Virus record (IMG/VR): IMGVR_UViG_3300048998_000119
Span: 1 to 13,213 of that record
Reading direction: 5' to 3' (one strand)
Length of the DNA stretch: 13,213 bases
From: a virus
Taxonomy: Duplodnaviria > Heunggongvirae > Uroviricota > Caudoviricetes
In this document: positions 7,304 through 13,213 of the stretch, piece after piece
How positions within the stretch are numbered: the first letter of the stretch is position 1
Layout: the number at the start of each line of letters is the position of its first letter
Translations under genes and position numbers: made by a program
The notes under the pieces: generated by a model
Databases searched by the model: none
The model's input: the letters and a program-made list of their open reading frames with translations, nothing else
What the model was told of the DNA's origin: nothing

Positions 7304-8503
7304 TCAGCCGTGGAAGACCGGGAGGATACCCATGGTCAGCGCGCTGGTAGCCTTACGACGCCACACGCTCTCGACGGTATCTTCGTTGGTGTTTGCCGTG
7401 ACCGAAGCATCCGTGATCGGCACAACGATGTTCGAGCCGTCGCCGACAGTCACACCCTTGTAGTCCGCGTCGGACGGGAACTTGTTGGTCGGACCACGCC
7501 AGTCGTAACCGACCGGATGCATCACATAACCCCAACGGTTCCAAACGTCGGTCGAGCCACCACCGTGGTAGCTGGCTTCATTCTCGTCGATACCGGTCGG
7601 CTTCGGAATCGTGAGATTCTCGAAAGCGATGGCACCCGGAAGCACGACGAACGAGGTACGCGTACCCACAATATCGACACCCGAACCGCCGTTGATCGCA
7701 GCCAGTTCAGTCGTGTTGAACGACGTGTTGGTGCGGCTCATGACGAGACGGAACTTACCCGAGAAGATGCTCTCGAACTCGATCGGACCATCGCTGACGC
7801 GATCAGTGTCGATCAGGTTGGCCGAACGCAGGTTCGCCATCAAAGCAGGATCGATTACGAGATAAGCGTAATCCGGCTCGTAGTCCTTCCACGCCATACC
7901 GAGTGCCTGGACGAGACCGAAGACACGAGCAGCGCCGACGCCCACGCTCGACACAAGCGGGTTGTTACCCAGATCGACGTAGAAGCCATAGTTGCGGTTG
8001 GTCGGATCGTTGTCGAAGGTCTGACCGCCGAGACCGACAGAAGCACCCTCAACCGAAGCAGCGCCCCGGAAAGCTTCCGAGAAGGCGACACCCTTAAGAA
8101 CAGCGAGGAACGCGTTCTCTTCGTCCTTGACACGACCGTTTGCGAAACCGGTACCCATCTTGGTGAGCGCGTCTTCCTTCGTCACCAGCTCCGTGAGGTT
8201 CACCTTGTACGCGCCCTGAGTACGGGCGGTCTTGATGTAGTTCAGGAAGTCAGCGCTGAAGTTGCTGGGCACACCGTTCGTGGGATCGACCAGCGAGGCG
8301 ATGTTGATGATGTTGTTCATCGGCGTATCCCACTTCAGCTGACCGATGAAGGTCTCCTGCGAGGGATCGATGGTGGAGTTGCCCGAGACGATCCCCGAAG
8401 CGGAGATACGACGAGCGTCGGTGTAGGCTTCAGCGGCGATAGCCGTGATCGACGTCTGAATGACGTACTTGTTGCCTACGCCATCAGTGAAATTATCGGG
8501 CAT
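7304..8503 (-). CDS. Major capsid protein, HK97 fold, SPP1 gp13-like coat family (399 aa)
   Basis: Size, position after the scaffold, AAGGT RBS and high-expression codon bias. Segments recognisable from this family: ...FLAVLKGV, YLVIDPALMANLRSANLI, TSFVVLPGAI, GGGSTDVWNRWGYVMHPVGY. Confidence 0.9.
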   Translation of the reverse strand: MPDNFTDGVGNKYVIQTSITAIAAEAYTDARRISASGIVSGNSTIDPSQETFIGQLKWDTPMNNIINIASLVDPTNGVPSNFSADFLNYIKTARTQGAYKVNLTELVTKEDALTKMGTGFANGRVKDEENAFLAVLKGVAFSEAFRGAASVEGASVGLGGQTFDNDPTNRNYGFYVDLGNNPLVSSVGVGAARVFGLVQALGMAWKDYEPDYAYLVIDPALMANLRSANLIDTDRVSDGPIEFESIFSGKFRLVMSRTNTSFNTTELAAINGGSGVDIVGTRTSFVVLPGAIAFENLTIPKPTGIDENEASYHGGGSTDVWNRWGYVMHPVGYDWRGPTNKFPSDADYKGVTVGDGSNIVVPITDASVTANTNEDTVESVWRRKATSALTMGILPVFHG

Positions 8504-8517
8504 TCATTTGTACCTTA

Positions 8518-9177
8518 TTATCGAGAGAGTTTACCCTCTTTAGCCATTCGCAGAATTTCTTGTGTGCTCTTGCCTACAAGCTTACCGGAGGTCTGCGTAC
8601 CGGGTTTGCGTGGTGTCGACGTCGGAGTATCCGTGCCGCGATTTTCCTTCTTGGCGAAGAGGAACTCGTTGTCCTCATCTTCTGCGTACGTCTTGATATA
8701 GTCGCTGATGGACTTACCCGACTTGTGTACCCAAACACCCTTATCGTCCTGGACGAGGTCCTTGATCACAGCGTCGTATACAAGGGCGTATGCCTTCTCA
8801 TTCCGGAACTTGTATCCAGAAAGATCTCGTTGGACAGTGTTGTCGCGCGTGAGCTCGATAACCGCAGTCTTGAGTTCCTCGATCTCCTTGTCCTTATCGG
8901 CCAAGAGACCTTCGAAGTGCTCCTTATCCTTGCCTTCGTCTTTCAGCTTCTGAAGCTCCGCGTCGCGGATCTGCTTCTTCAATGCGTCGCGTTCTGCCTT
9001 GAGGGTGTCGCGTTCGCCATAAGCCTTGTTCAGCTTGTCCTTGATGGGAGCGAGGTCGTCTTTCTCCACGGGAGTGCCGTCCTCATTCTTCGTCGGATCG
9101 AAGCTGGGATTGTCGATCATCTGACCTTCGTTGTCGGGGTCGGCGATCTGCTTAGGGTTCGAATTCTCAGTCGTCAT
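8518..9177 (-). CDS. Capsid scaffolding protein (219 aa)
   Basis: Acidic, disordered N-terminus; coiled-coil core (IKDKLNKAYGERDTLKAERDALKKQIRDAELQKLKDEG); FLF followed by a G/P/T-rich linker and basic C-terminal helix; directly upstream of the capsid gene. Start moved to ATG 9177 (AAAGGAAAGAAC-ATG). Confidence 0.87.
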   Translation of the reverse strand: MTTENSNPKQIADPDNEGQMIDNPSFDPTKNEDGTPVEKDDLAPIKDKLNKAYGERDTLKAERDALKKQIRDAELQKLKDEGKDKEHFEGLLADKDKEIEELKTAVIELTRDNTVQRDLSGYKFRNEKAYALVYDAVIKDLVQDDKGVWVHKSGKSISDYIKTYAEDEDNEFLFAKKENRGTDTPTSTPRKPGTQTSGKLVGKSTQEILRMAKEGKLSR

Positions 9178-9188
9178 GTTCTTTCCTT

Positions 9189-9262
9189 TGAGCACAGCTC
9201 AGGCGTTGTGGCACAGCACACAACTTGATGGGGTAGGCAGGAAGTGAGGTCACTTCACGCCT
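9189..9262 (-). promoter_or_regulatory. Structured leader of the scaffold-capsid genes: three consecutive hairpins, two with identical GC-UGU-GC tops
   Basis: mRNA sense: AGGCGUGAAGUG-ACCU-CACUUCCUGCCU (9262-9235), GUUGUG-U-GC-UGU-GC-CACAAC (9224-9205) and UGAGC-UGU-GCUCA (9201-9189), with the RBS starting at 9188. The structure is read from the sequence; the function is inferred. Confidence 0.6.
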
Positions 9263-9710
9263 GGGTTAAATTAACGGGGTCGGCCTTGATCTTACGCGCA
9301 GGTTTCTTCTTGTAAGGATGATTGTCTTTTATAACAGTCATAATCTCATCGACTATATTTTGTAGAAGATAAGCTTCTGCTTCATCACCGGGATTCTTCT
9401 CGCCGATATGCCGCCAAAGTGCTTGGACACAGTGAAGCGCTTCATGAGCCGCCACACCTGCCATTGAATATGGATTCCAAGACAATCTATTGGACAGCAA
9501 TACTATTACGGCCAGTCTATTTGTTTTATCGTTGATGAACTCGTAGGTGGTTGCAAAGCCTTTAGTGATCTCAGCATCCTCGTGCGGAACACCTAGAGAA
9601 TCCAGAACTAGTCTAAAATCCTCCAGGCTATCCACAACAGCGAAATGCATAGGGTAAACACCATAATCCTTCCAGTGCTTATCAGCCAACCCCGTACCAG
9701 CCTCTGTCAT
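9255..9710 (-). CDS. Hypothetical protein with HExxH motif (putative zincin/gluzincin-like metalloprotein, 151 aa)
   Basis: VAAHEALHCVQALW...GDEAEAYLL gives HExxH plus a downstream Glu helix as in gluzincins. It fills the gap between RNAP and scaffold and overlaps the RNAP 3' end by 29 nt. The RBS is weak, so the start is uncertain. Confidence 0.75.
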   Translation of the reverse strand: MTEAGTGLADKHWKDYGVYPMHFAVVDSLEDFRLVLDSLGVPHEDAEITKGFATTYEFINDKTNRLAVIVLLSNRLSWNPYSMAGVAAHEALHCVQALWRHIGEKNPGDEAEAYLLQNIVDEIMTVIKDNHPYKKKPARKIKADPVNLTQA

Positions 9711-12700
9711 TCTTAAAATCTTTCTCTATCTCTTGCAGAATATCTTCCGGAGTCAGAATATCTTCTTGCGTGATGGTTCTGCCGCCGACGACTGACCTTC
9801 CGGCCACGGGTATAATACCGCTATCGATGGCTTCATTCAGATATTTATCATACAGTTCTTTGGGCAAGCCACGAGCTTTCAATTCGTCCAGCGTAGCCTT
9901 CACCGACTGAGTAGTAACAAGGTCTCCGTAGATTCCTCTAAGCGCGTCACGACCTCTTTGCATGTCCCCAATGTTCGTGAAGAACGCGTCGTGAATGGTA
10001 CTCGTAGGTACACCGTTTTTGCGTCCCCAAAGATGAAATCGCTTGACGATGACGGCGTCGTTTGAGTGGTTTCCGTTGACTGCGTAGGCAGTTCTGGCTC
10101 GTTGGGCGTCCGCGATGTCATTTATTTTTCCTGACTTATTGATTACCTGTTCCCACCACGTCGCCTCAGTCTTCTGAGGAACATGCAAGATGTTTGTCAT
10201 CCACTCACCACTCTTGTCTTTGTACCGCAGCCGCTCTTCGAATGACTGCGTATAGTTCTGCTCCAGCACCTTACCGTCGAAGTTGACCCAAGGAATGTTG
10301 GTCCAGCTCTTCGGGAGATTGTTGGCGTAGAAGACTTTGAGCTCAGTGAGGTTTACTACCTGCGCTATTTCTGTTTTGAAGTATGTTGCGCCAACCCTGC
10401 GTCTATCAGGCGTTTCAACGCCATAGATGAGATCTGCAAGATTTCCGTTGGGGGTCCAGAAACCGAATCTGCGGAGGACTTTTTCACTGACAGCTTCTCC
10501 GGGACGAGTGCCAAGAATTCGGTTAATGTTATCTGGGAGGACATAGCCCTTCTTCCTTTCTCCGAGTAAGCTGATCTTGGCGATCGACTTCCAATCAAAA
10601 TCAGAATTGGAAGGCTTGGCGTTGCCGATGAAGTCTTGAGCCAGACGACCGAAGAACTTCGTGAAGTCTTTCAGAATTGGAACTTCGCTGGCGAGGTATT
10701 CAGACATGATGCTGGCAATCAACTTGAAGTCGTCCGGCGTAACAACCTTGTCGTACGAGGAAGACATCTTCTCGACCAGCTCACGAGTCTGAGGCGACAA
10801 GAAGTAAAGTTGATCCATGATCTCATCGCCGGGATCTTCGCCCTTGTTGAACGAATCACGAATGTTCTGACGCAGACGACGCAGCTCAAGGCCGGTGTCC
10901 GGATCATAACGTTCCACCCGCGCGATACGGGCGTCTATCTCTTGCAGAACAGAGTCACGCTCCGAGGCTTTCACCACCAGAACATTTTCCTGTTTGTTTA
11001 AGACTTTGGAGAGCTTACCTTCGACGTTCAAGCCGCTGGTCTTCTCACCTGCACCGTAGAAGGTGACCATGTTCTGAGCCTTAGCCGCTTTACGCAAATC
11101 GGCCTCCTTCAATCCAAGCTTCTCGTTGAGCGTTTTGAATCGTGGATCCGAGTACGTGCGGGCGGCGATCTCATCGTACAAACGACGCTTCTGCTCCGTG
11201 GGCACAACGTTGGACAGTTCAGCCAACTGCTTATTCTTCGTGGTCAACGCAATGATCTGCGCACCAGAAGACGAAGCATCCTGCTCGATGGCGAAGTCGG
11301 TTAGATAATTAGCCAACTTAGTTGTATCGGAGTAATCCCCTCCGAGAAAATTATCGACTCTGGTTTGTTCGAGAGCGAGTCGGAAGAATTTTCCTTGCTC
11401 TTCTCCGTCGATCCTGGCGACCATGGGGTGTTCCAGAATAAACCGAATGTCAGCTGGTCGTCGTCTTTGCATAGCGGTGCCGATGTCGACAAGATCTTTC
11501 CTCCATTTCAAGGCAATGTTTTGCCGTCCAGTGATCGTGAGATTGTTATAGTTACCCTCGAATACCTCGTCGAGTCCACCGAGGAAAGCACCGATCTGGT
11601 CTTGAAGGTTATTGAACCCGTCAACCCCAAGTGGCTTGTGAGCTTCAGTGGAGAGGAAGGGACGGAAAGTCTCGCCCGATTGCGGACTGATGAGCCCACG
11701 GTCATAGACACGCGCTCGGTGATCAATGAAAGGATGATTGGAGAACGTTTGATCTTTCGACCGCAACCACGACATGGTCTTAAATCGTTCATACGTATCC
11801 TGTCGGGACTGTAGATACTTTCTGTATTCGTTGAGCTCGTTGTACTTCTTGGCTCCACCTCGGTCGTCTTCAAAATAAACGAGTTTATCGATGAAATCGA
11901 AGAAGTCTTTATCGATACGATACTTGGTGTTCGCGGCCCAGTTGAGAGTGTCGGCGAACTCCTTATCGATGAACTCGTCCGGGAAGTCGGAGAAGCTACT
12001 TGTGCTGGTGATGGGGATTCGAGTGTCGGAATAGCCCAAGATCCCTTCGTCGATGAAATAAGTTTTGTAACCTGGACGAATGACCAACCGGTTCTTGTCG
12101 GCGGTTACAGACACACGCAGACCGAGGTCCACACGTCGTTGCAGACGAGCGTAGTTGGTGATGCGCGGATCAACCGTCCTGAGATTAAACGACTGAGTGT
12201 CGTAGTAAGGACCGAAGTAGTTGTTGCTCAAACGAGACTTCATACGACGTTTCTGAACGCCATATGTTTCTATCTCATAGAACTTCTTCGCCCGCTTGTT
12301 CTCAAGCATCTTCACGCCGAGATTATACCAGTCGTTCCTGGCACCGTTGAGGTTGGCCATGTTGTACAGGTCTCGCCCCAGCGTGACGGCCAGCGTATCA
12401 CGATCCGGCAATTCGGCAAACGCCAGACGGTGCGCGAATCGCAGGTAGAACTGCTGTAGGTCGCGGTCGGAGAGCCGCAGACGCAATTGCAGAGGAATGT
12501 CCCTCTGGAATACCGGACGCAACTCCGATGCGATCTTGGGAGCAACAGTATCTTCCCACTTGTTGCGAGCCTTGATGTTACTCAAGAGACCGTCGTGGAG
12601 ATCTTGCAGCTGCACAGGTCCAAGAACGGGATCGATGTAGTTGTCCTGCAGAAGCTTCTTGAACGGATTAGAATCCGTGCGCAACTGCGTTTCCAGAGAA

Positions 12701-13213
12701 TCAGAAATGTTCTGTACGTCGAATTTCAACTGTGCCTGGATGACACCCTTGAGGTTGCCCCACACCTCACCGTCGAGGCGTTGACGCCCCAGAATGATAC
12801 GAAGGTTGTCTGCGATAACCGCTCGCTCGTTCATGCTCATCTTCAATTCAAGTGCGTCCATCATGTTGCGGATGAACTTCTTGTCGTCGGCGGTGATCTT
12901 GTCACTTTCGTCGACCAACCTCAGAGCGTTGTTGAACACACCGGGATTGGGCTGATACAGACGAGTGTCTTCATAACGGCCGGTGATCGGATTAAACTTC
13001 ATCTGATCTTCAGTCGGGAGGCTGTTCAGCACACGCGTTTTGGTGGCCTTCTTGGTGTGCAACAAAGCGCCACGGTAGTTGGTTAAAGACAGATTACCGT
13101 CCAAGTCTTTGCTCTGCAACAGATAGTAATCCTGCAGGGTCTGGAAGAACTTGGGATCGGAAATCAACTGATCCGCCGTCGAAGCACCCAGCTGCATAGC
13201 GTCCAAGGTGTTC
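9682..13213 (-). CDS. Single-subunit DNA-directed RNA polymerase of the T7/T3 family, enlarged and 5'-truncated by the window edge (>=1176 aa)
   Basis: All T7-RNAP hallmark motifs occur in order: DHRARVY...SPQ (DxxGR motif, D at 11724), motif A EQDASSSGAQ (D at 11280; T7 FDGSCSGIQ), motif B RKAAKAQNMVTFYG (Rx3Kx7YG, 11094-11053), WVNFDG...QNY (T7 WVTPDG...QEY), NGNHSNDA (T7 NFVHSQDG) and motif C TIHDAF (D at 9990; T7 IHDSF). The frame is open past the track's TTG at 13206 to the window end (..AAC ACC TTG), so the true start lies upstream. Confidence 0.95.
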   Translation of the reverse strand, partial: NTLDAMQLGASTADQLISDPKFFQTLQDYYLLQSKDLDGNLSLTNYRGALLHTKKATKTRVLNSLPTEDQMKFNPITGRYEDTRLYQPNPGVFNNALRLVDESDKITADDKKFIRNMMDALELKMSMNERAVIADNLRIILGRQRLDGEVWGNLKGVIQAQLKFDVQNISDSLETQLRTDSNPFKKLLQDNYIDPVLGPVQLQDLHDGLLSNIKARNKWEDTVAPKIASELRPVFQRDIPLQLRLRLSDRDLQQFYLRFAHRLAFAELPDRDTLAVTLGRDLYNMANLNGARNDWYNLGVKMLENKRAKKFYEIETYGVQKRRMKSRLSNNYFGPYYDTQSFNLRTVDPRITNYARLQRRVDLGLRVSVTADKNRLVIRPGYKTYFIDEGILGYSDTRIPITSTSSFSDFPDEFIDKEFADTLNWAANTKYRIDKDFFDFIDKLVYFEDDRGGAKKYNELNEYRKYLQSRQDTYERFKTMSWLRSKDQTFSNHPFIDHRARVYDRGLISPQSGETFRPFLSTEAHKPLGVDGFNNLQDQIGAFLGGLDEVFEGNYNNLTITGRQNIALKWRKDLVDIGTAMQRRRPADIRFILEHPMVARIDGEEQGKFFRLALEQTRVDNFLGGDYSDTTKLANYLTDFAIEQDASSSGAQIIALTTKNKQLAELSNVVPTEQKRRLYDEIAARTYSDPRFKTLNEKLGLKEADLRKAAKAQNMVTFYGAGEKTSGLNVEGKLSKVLNKQENVLVVKASERDSVLQEIDARIARVERYDPDTGLELRRLRQNIRDSFNKGEDPGDEIMDQLYFLSPQTRELVEKMSSSYDKVVTPDDFKLIASIMSEYLASEVPILKDFTKFFGRLAQDFIGNAKPSNSDFDWKSIAKISLLGERKKGYVLPDNINRILGTRPGEAVSEKVLRRFGFWTPNGNLADLIYGVETPDRRRVGATYFKTEIAQVVNLTELKVFYANNLPKSWTNIPWVNFDGKVLEQNYTQSFEERLRYKDKSGEWMTNILHVPQKTEATWWEQVINKSGKINDIADAQRARTAYAVNGNHSNDAVIVKRFHLWGRKNGVPTSTIHDAFFTNIGDMQRGRDALRGIYGDLVTTQSVKATLDELKARGLPKELYDKYLNEAIDSGIIPVAGRSVVGGRTITQEDILTPEDILQEIEKDFKNDRGWYGVG

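Larger units (their letters stand above)
1..13213 (-). mobile_element. Tailed dsDNA phage (siphovirus-type) head and tail morphogenesis region; both window ends fall inside genes
   Basis: Contiguous, co-oriented, tightly packed or overlapping genes with recognisable capsid, adaptor, tail tube, tail chaperone and tape measure sequences in canonical order. No sheath gene. No host genes, integrase or att site in the window. Confidence 0.97.

Noticed and set aside
7310-8701. 463-aa plus-strand ORF
   Set aside because: Codon-aligned antisense of the highly biased major capsid gene; no recognisable protein features.
9240-9275. Fragments resembling T3/T7 promoters on the minus strand (AATTTAACCC ... 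GACCTCACT)
   Set aside because: The two pieces are wrongly spaced, there is no initiation GGG, and I found no second copy in the window. Not supportable without the full genome.
9736-9765. 12-bp direct repeat CAGAATATCTTC (9736-9747, 9754-9765) upstream of the HExxH gene
   Set aside because: Explained by the coding repeat EDIL-TP-EDIL at the RNAP C-terminus. The TATTCT -10-like hexamers have no -35 at a plausible spacing.
11053-11094. Family A DNA polymerase assignment, because RKAAKAQNMVTFYG resembles Pol I RRSAKAINFGLIYG
   Set aside because: Motif A (DASSSG), motif C (IHDAF), DxxGR-like DHRAR and HSND are RNAP-type. The Met matches T7 RNAP M635 rather than the Pol A aromatic residue, and no 3'-5' exonuclease motifs were seen.
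10365-13086. Plus-strand and alternative-frame ORFs within the RNAP gene (e.g. 11365..11814, 12487..13086, 11508..11873)
   Set aside because: They overlap a gene with clear catalytic motifs, have shadow-like composition and show no independent signals.
9682-13213. Calling the enzyme an N4 virion RNAP orthologue
   Set aside because: The catalytic motifs read closer to T7/mitochondrial RNAPs (IHD motif C, HSxD), and the phage is siphovirus-like rather than N4-like. The similarity to N4 is only a proposed functional analogy.
1-13213. CRISPR arrays, tRNA/rRNA genes, introns/inteins, IS elements, att sites
   Set aside because: No repeat-spacer pattern, cloverleaf, intein splice motif, transposase or terminal repeats seen; intergenic gaps are all under 80 bp.

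Overview
The whole window is part of the virion-morphogenesis (late) operon of a long-tailed dsDNA phage (siphovirus architecture). All real genes are on the minus strand. In transcription order (13213->1): a 5'-truncated, >=1176-aa T7-type single-subunit DNA-directed RNA polymerase; a 151-aa HExxH protein; scaffold; SPP1-gp13-like major capsid protein; head-tail adaptor; probable head-closure protein; probable tail terminator; major tail tube protein; a 76-aa unknown; tail assembly chaperone with a C-CCA-AAG -1 frameshift extension; an HK97-gp10-like tail completion protein; and a 3'-truncated tape measure protein (>=1414 aa) that the ORF track missed because it has no stop codon in the window. 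The most notable feature is an enlarged T7-like RNA polymerase with intact catalytic motifs inside the head module. It lies just upstream of scaffold and capsid, the slot usually taken by the minor head (SPP1 gp7/MuF) gene, and overlaps a small AT-rich putative metalloprotease gene. This suggests a virion-packaged, injected RNAP system in a siphovirus, which is inference. A highly structured scaffold leader with two identical GC-UGU-GC triloop hairpins is also notable. The long plus-strand ORFs are antisense shadows. Nothing in the window shows whether this is a free phage or a prophage.
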